A stretch of 63,015 nucleotides of DNA, filler included, from Lenisia limosa (lineage: Eukaryota > Protista > Breviatea): NCBI GenBank assembly GCA_001655205.1. It is 8 parts of 8 records of this genome, joined end to end, with 100 filler letters (N's around TTAATTAATTAA, not from the genome) between each part and the next. Parts side by side here need not be neighbours in the genome. Positions count along the whole stretch, not along the records: positions 36,690 to 43,838 come from LPNZ01005168.1; positions 43,939 to 45,147 come from LPNZ01004363.1; positions 45,248 to 54,363 come from LPNZ01002919.1; 5 more parts are not named here. The stretch is one strand, 5' to 3'. The notes beneath the pieces are model-generated. The model had not been told where the DNA came from and made no database searches. It worked only from the letters and a program-made list of their open reading frames with translations. Of the stretch, positions 37,039 through 50,349 are shown piece after piece; position 1 is the first letter of the stretch; every line of letters begins with the position of its first letter. Made by a program: the position numbers and the translations under genes.

Positions 37039-40000
37039 CATCTCAGAAGAGCCAGTGAAAAGTCGGCCAGTTCCTCGGCGTTTGTTGCGCAGTCCTCAGG
37101 ACACCCACTTGCCAGTACGAGAGCATCTCCGACCGTCTCAATCTGTGTGAGGAGTGAGGAGTAAAATTCACAAATTCACAAAAACAAGAAAATCCCAAAG
37201 TCAAACCTATTGGCTGAAAAAAACAAGATAGAGCGGTTGGTAAAGGATTGTCTTCTAGCGCTTTCCCCTTACCCCCACACTGACAATTATATACCCCCTT
37301 ACCTTGGTTATGACATAATTCTCCATTAAGCGGTCACAAAACATCCACAAGTGATTGAGCATGCTGAACTACGGAGGGGAGTAACTTTTGATAATTCATG
37401 AAACAAAAAAAGCCCAAATCATCTGTTGGCTGGGATAATTGAATTTATTAAAATTAAGTTCAACTCTAACTCAGTTCAATTCAGTTCATTTCATTTCCTC
37501 AAACCATTTCAGCAGGAGAGTGACGGGAAGACATCGACGTAAATCCGACTATATCACTGAAGAAAATCTGGGGAAATTAGAGAGGGTAAACATCGGCCAT
37601 AAGTGATGGTGATGAGAAAAATTGGAAAATTGAAAATTCTACAAATTATCACTCTCAAGATGGGCGTGATTAATAAAAAAAATATACTTTTACTTATTAT
37701 AACTATTTTTACTACCTCCTCCTGAGTAGGTGATAAAATTGTGGTTAAAATGTATATCAGGGATACTATTTTGTTTTAACTTATTTTTAATAATAAATAA
37801 AATAAAAATCTATCACATCCAAACCCCCCTCTTTTTACCCCCCTCCCTCCACCGTAACATCGGGATGCGTTGACGGCTTGATAGGCTGGCCGGCACGGAG
37901 TTTGTCCGCAATCGCTGGGGGGAGGAGGGAAACCAAAAGACGATCGCTCTTCTGCTTTTCTGCCTGGAGAAGGGGGAGGGGTTAAAACGAAGGAAATATA
38001 AGAATATTGGCATAAAGGACAGCACGAGTCGAATAATCTGAAACTCCAAACAAACGAGGGAAAGGGGTCAAAATGAAACAAAAAAGCTCAAAATCGACCC
38101 TGTTAATTAATAACACATGAAAGTGGAGAACAACAAAACAGACAAATCCCACTCGCTTTTGCAGCACCGCATCCCATCACTCAAGCATACGTTGTGGGTT
38201 GAAAATTGGAAAATAATATGATAAAAAATGTATGCACCAAACAAACAATAAGCCCGAAATCAAATACAGTGGCTACAAACGAATTATTCTGGGGGAGTGG
38301 GAATGGGGTGGAACAAAGAGAATCCCCTCTCCAAAATATGCCCCATAATTAGCATTTATACCCAACACTTATAACAAGGGCTGTATTTTGGCTCGAAAAA
38401 TACAGTTAAAATATCGATAGTTTTTAAGGTTTTATCGACTAATTCAGTCGTTTTGGGACCATACTTATAATCCTCCTACCTCTACGGCCTTTGTTCTGGC
38501 TTCACCTCGTTGCTTCAGCTCTACTTCGAACCGAATCTGGGGGTAATAATGTAAAATTAGAATATTATGAAACAAAAAAACCCAAAATCAACTCAGTTGG
38601 CTGACAAGAAACAAGGGTTAATAACAACAAAACAAANNNNNNNNNNNNNNNNNNNNNNNNNNNNNNNNNNNNNNNNNNNNNNNNNNNNNNNNNNNNNNNN
38701 NNNNNNNNNNNNCTATAATAGTGTGGGACCTTTTCTTTAGGAACAGTTGTCGAGTTCCAACCCCCTGTGACCAAGTGCACAAAGTGGTAAGAATCCCTCC
38801 AACTTGATCAGAGAGATCTTGAATTAGTACCACGTGGCCTCCCTCATCTCCAAAACAGGAAATCATGACGTTGGCAGTTACGGTACCTTCCTAATATGGT
38901 AAGTGATAGAAACTACGATGCTTTCCATCTAATGTACGGTAAGTGATTTGCAACTTACAAAAATAGCTTTCCTAAATGGTAAGTATTAGGTGTCCACCAT
39001 CTTCCCTTCGTTGAAAAAATAACCAATATATTTTTTTCAATTTTAACCCTCCACATCCTACCTTTGCACACACGGACATACGTTCGCCCTTGATAGAGGA
39101 CATTTGTGTAGCCCCGGCTATACGGGCCTTGAAAAATGCCCCGAAACGATGCCCTAAATAGGTCATAGAAACGTACTGATCATTGATGAAAATGATTGAC
39201 GTTTTACCCCCATCACACAATACTCCACCCCCCTCTCGATTATATATTACATAAAATCCCCGTCCACCATCATCAGAGGATTCCAGTATGATACATTCGA
39301 GGTTCTTGCCAATTACTTCGTGATTTGTGAATCTGTGGGGGATAAGTAAAATCAATATGAATGAAGCTAAAGAAGACCAAAAACAACTATGTTGATTAAC
39401 GTAAATACTCTTTCATAAGGCTATAATATTTAATCTTTTTAATATATATATCGATACGTACTATATACTATGATATTATACAGATTAAAATTAAATATTA
39501 TGCAATGATGCATATCATAAATAAGTTCTTACCCCAAGATATCGGAAACAGCAGGGTTAATGGAGGTAATCACGTTGGATCTGTCCGTCATTATCACAGC
39601 CTCCTGTATTACGCCCATAACGCCATAGACTTGCTCTCGACCCTAAGGTGGGGGGGGGGGGNNNNNNNNNNNNNNNNNNNNNNNNNNNNNNNNNNNNNNN
39701 NNNNNNNNNNNNNNNNNNNNNNNNNNNNNNNNNNNNNNNNNNNNNNNNNNNNNNNNNNNNNNNNNNNNNNNNNNNNNNNNNNNNNNNNNNNNNNNNNNNN
39801 NNNNNNNNNNNNNNNNNNNNNNNNNNNNNNNNNNNNNNNNNNNNNNNNNNNNNNCCCCCACTTTAGAGTCTTGAAATCCTCCTCCCCTAATCGCAACTTT
39901 TTTGGCAAAACAAGAACAATACACCCCTAATATTCTCTAAAACTTCGACTGAATCCTTACATCTTAGTATGTCATTGAAACCTCACAAAACATACACCCA

Positions 40001-43000
40001 CACACACATATATAATATGCATAGAGTATATATCGATATATGTATACTATATATGATATACATATCATTTTATAATTATGTATTAGAGAGTAATGACAAA
40101 ACAAGGTTGTGCCTGACCGCCGTCCACAAAATCACCCAATATTTAGCCTCACATCTCTCTGCACATAGCTTTTTGCGTGTCAACCCATCATGCACTGGCA
40201 ACTCCCACAAACCCTTGCAATGTAGTCTTGAGAGCTTTGATCGTCAACATCACCAGTTTCAAGGAAGGCGGAAAGCTGAGGCAGCTGAAAATGTTATAAG
40301 AGGTATAAATGGAAATACTATGAAACATTAAAAACTAAAACTAAGAGGGTGATGGAGAAGCCTTGTTCAACAGAGGGCCATGGATAGGGCTTCACTTAGG
40401 TAAGAAAAAAGACTGAATTTCTCGATGAATCTTCGAAAACTATCGATATTTTACTGGCATTTTTTCGAACCGAAGTGAAGCCCTTATTCAAAAAGAGATG
40501 ATGAATATAATCCAGGGTAGCTGAAATGTTATAGGGACCTGGGAGTGCAGCCTGTTTTCGAACCGAAGTGAAGCCCTAGGTAAATGGTTGAAAACTGTAA
40601 AAATACGATTCATATAAATCACCTTAGAAACAAGATTCATAGGGATCAACAAGAGGAGGGAGGAGGTCAAATGACCCTCGTAAGTAAGCTCATTCATCAT
40701 GGGGCGGAATATCAACACTAGGGGAGTAAAATTGGAATGTTTATGAAACAAAAAAAGTATAAAAAAAAACCCATAATCAAATATGTTGGCTGACAACACA
40801 CTAGTGACAAAAAATAAATGCACAAAACCTACCATAAACTCCGAAGAGGATCAGGCCGTAGATAATGAAGAACATAAGCTGGGGAGTAAAATAACTGTAT
40901 TCTATATAATATGGTATAGAAAACTGGAAGTCAATTCTGTCGGCTCAAGATTAAGTCCAATTCCAAATTCATCCAATCTTAGCAACCATCTACCTGCAAA
41001 TCAAGCTGGTGGTTGAGTGCGACGTTAGCCTCTTCAATATAGAGATTGATAGAGGTGTCCAAACCGTCACCCCTGCAATGTAAGACCAACTTGTAATATA
41101 TGTTTCATGAGTAAACTAGTGAATTCACTGCAATAAGTCCTAATATAGACAGTAAGCTTTTAAAACTGACCGCGATAAGTCTTAACATAGATATTGAGCT
41201 TTCGTATATTTAATCGGGTCAGATAGCTGTATAATATCATTTCCGCTTATATTCTCTATAATTAAATGTATGATATGCTTCTTGGTCCACTACATTTGAC
41301 ACCCCCCCCTCCAACAAGTCATAGAAGTCAGCATTGCGAAGGAACCGCAGATAGAGATTGAAGAAAGTCTGATCGGTGGATGGCGACTCCAAAAACATAC
41401 GGCCTGAAAATGTTGAATAATTTGATTAAACTAGGGCTTCATGTAATTAATTGTTAGAATCAAATGACAAAAATTGAAATTAAAGTGTCTTATATGGGGT
41501 TCTCGTTAAAATATGTCACACACTTCAAATTTTGAAATAATGTGTCAATTAATTGAACAAAGCCCTAGTATTTACTGTTTATTTATGAGTACTGGTAAGC
41601 TACAAATAGACTATCTGAGTTGGGCCTGATAATTTTTGATCTTAACATATTATGATTAATATGCATTTAGTATGCCTGTAGTGTCAAAATCTTATAGATA
41701 ATATCGTGCTTAGAGATTAAAGAAAGTGATCAAAGGAGGGGACTCAAAACGCTTACAACGCGAAAATGTTGGATGGTGTATTTAGTCATAAATAATATTA
41801 TATCTAGAATAATATATAAATACCATTTACTTTTATTACATTATTCTATTACTACGACCACTCACACATTTAAACATTGTATCCCCCCACCCTGCTCGAG
41901 ATAAGTCTGAAAGATGTCATCAATTCCCTTGTAGACAAGCTTAAACGCAAAGCCGGTATCGGAACCTTCATTGAAGGAGTCTTTTGACTGGCCACAATCA
42001 CCTGTAGGTTTGTGGGGGGGGGGGGGNNNNNNNNNNNNNNNNNNNNNNNNNNNNNNNNNNNNNNNNNNNNNNNNNNNNNNNNNNNNNNNNNNNTAATCAG
42101 AAACAAAATAATCTTAAATTCCAAACAAACAAAAACAAAAAATAACACACAAACTAAAACAAGATCAGGGGTGGGGGTGAAAATGAACAATTTAATACAT
42201 AAGACAAAACAAAGCCGAAAATCAAGTGAAAAAGGTCAATTTATGGAGTGCGGGTGGGGATACGTTAACTAAATTTCGATGAATAATATCGGCGGCGTAA
42301 AGGTACTAATTATGAGTAAAATTGGACAATTTTTGAAACACCTACGTACACCTCCTACCAGATTTGACAAGGCAATCCGTGTTAAATATGATGTCATCTT
42401 GGGGTCCATATCGACCAAGGGATCCTGGGATATTTAGAAAATAATTAAAATGCAAGGAAGGTTTGGAATTAATAAGCATGGTGAAGGGCAGTTTCGGAAG
42501 ATAGACTTTATCTGTATTCATTATCATGGGGATTAGTGTGATATTTTGATAGATATAGTACCCAGATGTCTTAATACACAATCATAATCTCAAAATTGTA
42601 TAATAAATGAAATATACTAGTATACTATCTAATTTCGTCTATGACTATTATATCATTAAATTAAATACATTATCAAATATTATCACGTCAACCTTCGATT
42701 CTTCGACTTACCCCTTCCACCCAGCTCAAAAAAATCATTAACATTGCTACCCACCCGCCTCCCCAAGGGGAGCTATTTGTCAACACACGCATATTTCCAG
42801 CCAGAGTTGATTTTGGGATTTGATTCATCTTTCCCCCCATCCACCCCNNNNNNNNNNNNNNNNNNNNNNNNNNNNNNNNNNNNNNNNNNNNNNNNNNNNN
42901 NNNNNNNNNNNNNNNNNNNNNNNNNNNNNNNNNNNNNGAAAAAAAACACTTTTGGTGGTAACTGAATAGTAACGAAACACTTGTGATGTCTGATCAGAAA

Positions 43001-43564
43001 AAATCACATTAATTTGGTGACATTCATGCAGAGCTTCACTTCTCTTCGAAAAAAGACTAAATTTCTCGATAAATCCACGAAAACTATCGATATTTTACAG
43101 GCCTATTTCGAACAGAAGTGATGCCCTATATTTATGCTAATTTGGGTAGACAAGAATTATCCATTTCAAAACAAGACTGAATTACTCGTTAAATCTTCCA
43201 AAACTATGGAATTTTCACTGGATTTCCAAAGTAAAGACCCCGAACCTCAAAGCAAGTCCGATGTTTGTTTTGATGTGTCCATTGAGTTCTTCATCATTTA
43301 GCCAAAGAGTCTGTATGTTGAGTTTCGAGAGATGATATATTATAGCAACGGGAATTAATAAACAAGGTTGTATCTGGCCAAAGCCGTCCACACCATTACG
43401 CTTATAAGAGATACTCGTTTTTACTATTAATTCACACTATCATTTGCCTTACATATAGATAATCCCTCATTCACCTTCTTCTCAGCAACCTCCACCGAAA
43501 AGAGGTGGATACGCTTGACAATGTAGCGACGCTGGCCGGCAATGGAAATTTCTCTTGCTGCATG
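37039..43564 (-). CDS. TmcB-like membrane protein with a PAS domain and class III nucleotidyl (adenylate/guanylate) cyclase domain; both ends truncated; long repeat-filled introns
   Basis: Exons in order: HAAREISIAGQRRYIVKRIHL; GLDTSINLYIEE; LMFFIIYGLILFGVY|VLIFRPMMNELTYEGHLTSSLLLLIP; PAS IQEAVIMTDRSNVITSINPAVSDILG...HVVLIQDLSDQ; AEKQKSDRLLVSLLPPAIADKL...VT|IFFSDIVGFTSMSS; MLNHLW...TK|IETVGDALVLASG. Confidence 0.88.
37968..38060 (-). repeat. Family D2 dispersed repeat ending just upstream of a 3' splice site
   Basis: GAAGGAAAT..AAGAATATTGGCATAAAGG...GAATAATCTGAAACTCCAAAC is shared with 51955 and 58758; the acceptor for exon AEKQKSDRLL follows at about 37965. Confidence 0.7.
38538..38636 (-). 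repeat. Family D1 repeat forming the 3' end of an intron
   Basis: The minus strand reads ...GTCAGCCAACTGAGTTGATTTTGGG...GTTTCATAATATTCTAATTTTACATTATTACCCCCAG|ATTCGG (exon IRFEVELKQR). Confidence 0.75.
40385..40485. mobile_element. Family B MITE
   Basis: TAGGGCTTCACTTAGG...TTCGAACCGAAGTGAAGCCC, colinear with the copy at 30311. Confidence 0.8.
40716..40830 (-). repeat. Intron composed almost entirely of a family D1 repeat
   Basis: The minus strand reads GTAGGTTTTGTG...GTGTGTTGTCAGCCAAC...GTTTCATAAACATTCCAATTTTACTCCCCTAG and lies between two in-frame membrane-segment exons. Confidence 0.75.
41432..41567. mobile_element. Family C MITE (about 136 bp)
   Basis: TAGGGCTTCATGTAATTAATTG...CAATTAATTGAACAAAGCCCTA inverted termini; related copies at 53352 and 57026. 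Confidence 0.7.
43030..43128. mobile_element. Family B MITE
   Basis: GAGCTTCACTTCTCTTCGAAAAAAGAC...TTTCGAACAGAAGTGATGCCCTA. Confidence 0.75.
43360..43460 (-). repeat. Family E repeat (matches the 3' end of the Penelope-like element)
   Basis: AACAAGGTTGTATCTGGCCAAAGCCGTCCACACCATTACGCTTATAAGAGATACT...ATCATTTGCCTTACA is the reverse complement of 51310-51378. Confidence 0.75.
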
Positions 43565-43882
43565 CTGAGGGGAGAACGATGAGTTAGAAAAAATGAAGAC
43601 CACGATAATTCCCCGAAATATACCTCTTTTTCGAACCTCCGTGAAGCCTTAAGACAGATATATTGGCAGGAAATTACACCCCACCACCTTACGCCAATAT
43701 TCATCGTAGTCGAAATAATCTTCCTTTACCTCCACCCATCTTTATAAAGAAGACCCCCATCACAGAAGGAAGTAGACAATGTAATGCTCCCCGCTCCCTC
43801 CCATTATATACTCCCTGCATCCTCTTCTGTACGCTGGANNNNNNNNNNNNNNNNNNNNNNNNNNNNNNNNNNNNNNNNNNNN

Positions 43883-43894
43883 TTAATTAATTAA
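43883..43894. other. Artificial scaffold linker
   Basis: TTAATTAATTAA within an N block. Confidence 0.95.
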
Positions 43895-44289
43895 NNNNNN
43901 NNNNNNNNNNNNNNNNNNNNNNNNNNNNNNNNNNNNNNGTTTTTGAGGTACCCGGGTAAAAATATCAAAAAAATTTAAAACTCCAAAACGGATGTTTTGA
44001 ACCTACATTTCCCAAAAAATGTCATTTTTGGCGATTTAGCCCGTCTCGAATTTTTGACTTGCAAATAAAAACACCCATTATTCCGGATATTTCCCCCCAA
44101 TTCTCACGTTTACAACCTAAAAATTTTTATATTTTGATATTTTTGTATAGCTGTAGGTTGTTCTAGTCCAAATTTGATAGATAATACATATGATATGATA
44201 TAAATAGTGTGAAAAAGCACCAAAAATGATTATCTGTTACAGGATTGGATATTGGATAAGTATAGAAGAATATCTGTCACCTTTATAAC

Positions 44290-44838
44290 CAAGCTTTGAG
44301 TGTTTGTTGAGATTCAGTGACAGACGAGTGAACTCGATAGAGGATATAGACACCCTTGCAATCTTCATCACCCCTGGCCCGGCATGTTGACAAAAAAGGT
44401 GCGGTAAGATATGTATAAGTCACATAGGAGAGGGGGAGGGGGCTTGAGTAAGAAGACTTTTGGGGGTAGCAAAAGATATTCACAAATAAATGATGGTGGA
44501 AAGAGAAGAAGAAAAAAGACTAGAGTATTTGTGAGGGAAAGAGAGAATACACAGAGTATCTGGGAAAGAGAGAAAAGACAGAGTATTTGATGTGGACCAA
44601 CTGGACCAACCTAAAGAGGTGCTATCTGGTTCTTGATTTGAAGCTTCGACTCCCTCGTGATAGACGCCAAGAAGAATGAAGAGTTGTATCGAAAGATGTT
44701 TGTTTTATTGGAAGGATGAATGAGGAGCAGTATCGAAAGATTGTTGTTAAATTCACTTCTGTTCCTCAACCCGGGCCGTATTAGTGGCCTTCTCCAATTG
44801 GGCCTGCCAGTCCTTCAAGAGGCGCTGCTCTTTGCGGT
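44290..44838 (-). CDS. Fragment of a hypothetical gene
   Basis: Candidate exon YRKEQRLLKDWQAQLEKATNTARVEEQK with a GT donor, plus further candidate exons. No family recognised. Confidence 0.35.
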
Positions 44839-45191
44839 ANNNNNNNNNNNNNNNNNNNNNNNNNNNNNNNNNNNNNNNNNNNNNNNNNNNNNNNNNNNNN
44901 NNNNNNNNNNNNNNNNNNNNNNNNNNNNNNNNNNNNNNNNNNNNNNNNNNNNNNNNNNNNNNNNNNNNNNNNNNNNNNNNNNNNNNNNNNNNNNNNNNNA
45001 AAAGAAGCCCATGACCAAATACGTGTAGGTTGACAAAAAAATAATAATCCCAAACCAGGCTTCTGCGGCACCGCATCCCATCGCTCCAGCGTAGTGGTAA
45101 AAATGGGATATTTATGAGGAGGGGGAATAAAATGAAGGAAATATCCTNNNNNNNNNNNNNNNNNNNNNNNNNNNNNNNNNNNNNNNNNNNN

Positions 45192-45203
45192 TTAATTAAT
45201 TAA
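45192..45203. other. Artificial scaffold linker
   Basis: TTAATTAATTAA within an N block. Confidence 0.95.
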
Positions 45204-45313
45204 NNNNNNNNNNNNNNNNNNNNNNNNNNNNNNNNNNNNNNNNNNNNAAAATGGAATAATAATATTACAAGTGGAAATGTTGAGAGGATTACCTTCAAAA
45301 GAAAGATAGGTTA

Positions 45314-47085
45314 TTAGCCTAATGTAAAGCCCTCAAACCAGGAGCTTGGAAGAGTAGCTTTCTTTTTGATAGTACCAGATTTTATTCCAGAAGATGCTTG
45401 AATGGACTCAACTTTTATGGTGAAGGAAAAGAACCTTCTTCCCCTACCTTCTCTTCCTTTCATAAATGTGAGAGAATAGCCCGCCACTGGTTGGCTTATC
45501 CGCCTTCTTTTTCGTTTCACATCTAGACAAAAGATTGTGAAGAAATTTTAAAGTATCTGAAAACAACGATAAAACAACGATAAAACAACGATACTATGTA
45601 AAATGAAAAATCAAACATTGGGATTCCATAATATCTGTAGCAAAATGTGAAAAACAAAGTAGTTATTATTACATAAGAATCAAATTGTGCGCACATAATT
45701 GTGTACTTTGAGAGAATATATTATTCCTTCTTACCAGATGGAGGTTGGGGTGCAGTGCTCTTTTTCGAATATCGGAAAAGTGAAGGAGAATTGTGAATGT
45801 CAAGGGGATGACTGTAAGCTGTTTGAATTTTTGAAAACCGATCAAACATTATAAAGACAAATCAAACCAATCAAAGAGTATTGTAGAGCTTCTTTATTGA
45901 ATAAATCACTTATTGTTACTGAGGAGAGTGGTACAAAAGGGATGAAGGGTGCAAGCAAACCTCCCTGAAGGCCTACCAATCAGTTATAATATTAGATTAT
46001 CAACATACCAAGTTTCACCCAAGTTGCGATTTTGTCCCTGTTTGTAAAAGAATGATATGATATGATTTAACTTACGAGCAAGAAAGTGAAGAACTTCTTA
46101 TCCCTCGTCCAGGTTTTGTTGTGAGATCATATTTGGAATTCTGCAAGAATAATAATAAAAAAAAAATGACTAACAGTGATTTCATGTGCACCTGTTCTTT
46201 GACATCCATCATGCCAATCTGGCATGGGCTCAGCTTGAAATGTGAGTTATAAAATAATCCTTTCTTACAAAGCTGATAACTTGAAGCTACTCCACAGGGG
46301 GTCTGTGAAATATACAAATGAACCGAAACCCCTAAATATAAAAATGATGATCTGAAGTACCTTCTTTTAATGCATATTTATTTTTTTCTTTGCAAACGAG
46401 TAAGCCTGTTTCCGCTTTCCCACTTTCAATTTCATCAAGAAGAACCCTACAAATGATATTAACATTTCAACCGCAAACATTTTGAGACCTCTCCTTGCTA
46501 AGACTTCAGCATGACTACATAATGAAGAGCAATTCATTATTTGTAGTAATGTTGTTTGGGGCATCAGTATCTCATGAAAAAAAGCATCCCCAATAAAACT
46601 GTTTATAATTTAATCTATAAATACAAACCACAGACCTGTCCTTGATCAGAGAACCATCAATAGGCTCTTTATCCCCAGCCTGGAGCCGTTATAAGCTCAA
46701 AGGAGAAAAAAAAAAAAAAAAAAAANNNNNNNNNNNNNNNNNNNNNNNNNNNNNNNNNNNNNNNNNNNNNNNNNNNNNNNNNNNNNNNNNNNNNNNATTT
46801 CTAAAAACGTCACTTTGAAATAACTCATTTTAATTCAAAATAAGAAAGATATCTATTCATCTTTAACACATACGTTAATGTTATGTCAACTTACCAGATA
46901 CTGCACCAGGGTAGCCTTTACACGAGACAAAGCTTGCAAGAACAGTCCACTCGCCATCCTAAATATTATGTAAGAAACACAAAACTCACTGCAGGTTTTC
47001 CTTTCTTGGGCAACTTGTCAAAAAAATTGGATACAAGCTGTGTGATAGTCTCGGGGAAGTGTGATGAAGAAGATGTAGTTGCCAT
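45314..47085 (-). CDS. ADAT1: tRNA-specific adenosine deaminase 1 (A37 of tRNA-Ala), 3'-truncated
   Basis: FDKLPKKGKPA|DGEWTVLASFV, GSLIKD|SHAEVLARRG, YISQTPCG, TKPGRGIRSSSLSCS|DKIATW and GLQGGLL are the ADAT1/Tad1 zinc-binding motifs in order. Confidence 0.9.
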
Positions 47086-47566
47086 TACTGCTCACACCAC
47101 ATGATATATGATATCATTCCAATTGTCCTTCCTCCTTCTCTTATCTTGCTCTTATCTCACTTCAACAACTGATGACTTGATGGTGATATGATATTTGATA
47201 TTTACTTCACAACTCAAAAAAACTCAAATAACGTTAAGCCGGTAAGCCCCAACCCCCAGTAACTTTTACATCGAATTTTTGAAATTTGATGAAGAGAGTG
47301 ATGAGAAGCAAGTTGTGAATGTTCCTATATGTTCATAATAAATAAAAATATTTAGTAAAGGGTAAGAAGAGGGGGGGGGGTTGCGGTGTTGCGTTGGGTT
47401 TTAATCCTTCCCTCGTCTCATAAATTTGATCTTCTTTCCAACTATCCTTTTGTCGGTGCCCCTGTGCCCCCTTCCCTCCCTCATCCTACTTGCTCCTCAT
47501 TGTTTCCTTTTCTTCTCCATCAACTCACTCTTTTCAGCCGCTTGCCCACTTGCGCTCCCCAGCAGA

Positions 47567-50344
47567 ATGTCTATGAATGACCTTATATGCGATGCACTTC
47601 TCAGAGAATTCTTGAATAGGTTTGTACTTTTTTTTTTTTCTTTACCATTTTGTCATTTTCTTAAGGTATAAATGCAAGGAAACCTTAAAAGTCCTTGAAG
47701 ATGAAAAGGTTTGTTTGTTTAGAGGTGATGTTTTAGCCGAGGCCGACTGGCAGTTTGAAATCGCGAACAGATCTAGCGGAGCACTTAGGTCTCAGCGAAA
47801 ACTATGCTCTTCTCAAAAAACAGAAGGGTTTGTTTGTCTGTTTTTGAACTCATTGTTTTAGTGTCACCTATGCCAACGTTATTGGAAATTCTCGTCATCT
47901 CAACCACATCTTCGCTCTCAAAAGGTTCGTTTTCCCAACAAAATTGACGGACAAGAGGTACCCAAGCCCAGTCAACCCCCAGCCCAATCCCGACCCACGT
48001 CTATGTACCAAGAGCTCCCAACCGAACACGGTAGGAAATCGTTGTCGAGACATAGTAACTTGGTAGAGCTTCATTATATAAAAGCCTGAATTAACTCGTT
48101 ACATTTGTGATAAAAAAATATCTTTTTTGGAGAGTCAATAACATATGAGTGATATTCTTGAAATATGAAATTTGTTAAAAAGTGTCCTAGACCATATGGT
48201 AATGTGCTTCCTGCTTTGCAATAAGTCTTACTTTTCAAGGCCAACAACATTCAAAACAGACAAATTCAATTGGTGGTGTTGCACCAAAAGAAATAGACAC
48301 TAAAGCAACTGCAAATTTAACTGCTCGAGATCTGGTTAGACCTCTATCTGCTCAAACCAGACCTTCAACGTCTTTCCTCTCATCAGTATGTTAAGAGTAA
48401 TTGAGATTCAAATATTCTCTTTAGGTTACTGCATCCATCCCAACATCATCATCATCACCTCCCCTGCAATCAGCAGAGCCCAATATTTTGGTACTGGATG
48501 CTGGTGATGAGAAGAACCCAAGAGTAAGGGTGTGTATTTTATTCTTATCTGCACAGAAACCCATTTCCGAGCGACCATTGAACCGAATCAACCCATATGC
48601 AAGGAGTAAGAAATAGTTAATTAAGTTATTTATACAGGTCGTGCACCATCTTCTCAAACAGGGGTATTTGGAGGAACAGTTGGTCATGCTCCGAGAACAA
48701 CAGAAAACCGAGAAGTAAGATCATTGTAATTTAACCCCAAAGGAGTATGTTCCTGTTTCTCGTACTGAAGAGTTACTTCGACCCGGTACTGCAGTCAATC
48801 CAAGACCTAATACTGCAGGTCAAAGGTGCGATGCCGATGATATTGATGCCGTTCTAACACACCCTCTTATTGCTATAGACCCAGGACAGCGGTTCCTTCA
48901 AACGATCTTGAACTGGAAGATATTCAGGACCTTTCCTGTTTGCTGTGTTTTCAATTTCGGCCAAATTAGTTATCTTGACTGTCTCTCACACCACAGTCGA
49001 TGACTCATCTCTCCCACAAACACTCTCAGTGAAAAAAGCTGCTTCATCGTAAGTGGTTCTCATTTTTTAACCAAATAGAAAACCATCGTTCCCCGTTCCT
49101 GGTTCGAAATTGTCAAGTGAACAGTTAATTCCGTTACGAAAACTCATTTGGGGAAGTCTTGAAAAACATACCCCCGACGCATGGAAACAGGTTTGTTTTC
49201 AATCAAGAAATGAAGCTTATCTACTCAGGGGTTATATTTTTCCTCTGAGGCAAGCGTTCCATTTGGACTGGAACAGGAAACGGGAGGGCCGTGTGGTGTC
49301 CTTGCCGTTCTTCAAGCGCGTGTCATTGTTCATCTCAAAAATCAGGCTGGAATGAGAGAACGAAAGTATGTTGGAAAGTGTTTTTGACAGCCAAGTGTTC
49401 TTCGCTGTAGACAAGAGGCAAGATTCGATGCCTTAGTCAATGCAGTTCTTGACACAATCGCTGTCTCTTCTTCTGGACCTATTCAAGTTGCAATTCCTGT
49501 TTGTTGGTTTTTTTTTGCAAGCGGATGTATGTACAGTGTATCGTATCCTTTATTGCTTAGCCTCCTCGACTCCCAACTAACCGTAGCAAAGGCAATGATG
49601 GTGTGAGCCATGTTCTCAAAGTGAGTTTCATTGCAGGCTTAAGGAATTCTCATGTCTCTAGGTGTACACTTGCAAAAATCGAGAAGAGGCTGAAGAAGTC
49701 TTGAGAGCCGGGTGGCCTTTCGTTGGTTCTTCAAGAAGTGTTCTTACTCTCTAGTTAACTTCGCCAGTTGGAGGAGGAGTTCTTGCAGTACTGATTTCTT
49801 GTATTTTATCCCGTGGTATTGAAAACGTTCATGGGGATATGGACGGTTTAAGTGAGCCCTTTGTCGGACGCTATCTCTTTTTGAGCCATGAAGCTCTCAA
49901 CCTTCTTATTACTGGCAAGGCATGCTCAAATTCTCATAATGAAACACAGCAAACAAGTTTGTCTGGGTTGTTATTTTATTTTTCAGATGGTGTTGCTTTG
50001 AAAGGAGTTACGGAGCAGGCTGATATTGGGTTTTTGACAACAATGGAGTACTTCAAATATGTGAATGTGGGCTACTTTGTACAAGTGTCAATTTCCATGA
50101 TAATATAATGCCAAATTGCTATTTTATGCTACAGGTTGGTTCATTTTTGAAAGAGCCGAAGTCAACCGTTTGGGTTGTTCACATTGAAGGACATTTCAGT
50201 GTCTTATTCTCTCTTGCAGATTCAATTTCCAAAGTTAGAGATTAATTGAGGATGTCATCTAACTTCTCTAGCCTCCTCTAGAACTCTGTTACTTCGATCA
50301 ATTGGGGAGACAAGAGGATATCATCAAACTGAAGGTTACAAAGA
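47567..50344 (+). CDS. MINDY4: MINDY-4 (FAM188B)-like deubiquitinase; terminal exon not located
   Basis: N-terminus DALLREFLNR|YKCKETL..EK|PRPTGSLKSRTDLAEHLGL; catalytic region GLEQETGGPCGVLAVLQA, LISCILSRGIE, EALNLLITGKA, DIGFL, VGSFLKEPKSTVWVVHIEGHFSVLFS and CYFDQLGRQEDIIKL. Confidence 0.88.
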
Positions 50345-50349
50345 GTGAG

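Noticed and set aside
39092-39106. DRGH motif of a beta-beta-alpha-metal nuclease on the plus strand
   Set aside because: It lies antisense to an exon of the PAS domain, and the downstream catalytic Asn motif is absent.
40710-40735. Helitron 3' end (CTAG) for family D
   Set aside because: CTAG occurs in only a few copies, where it is simply the intron acceptor. No subterminal GC hairpin is present.
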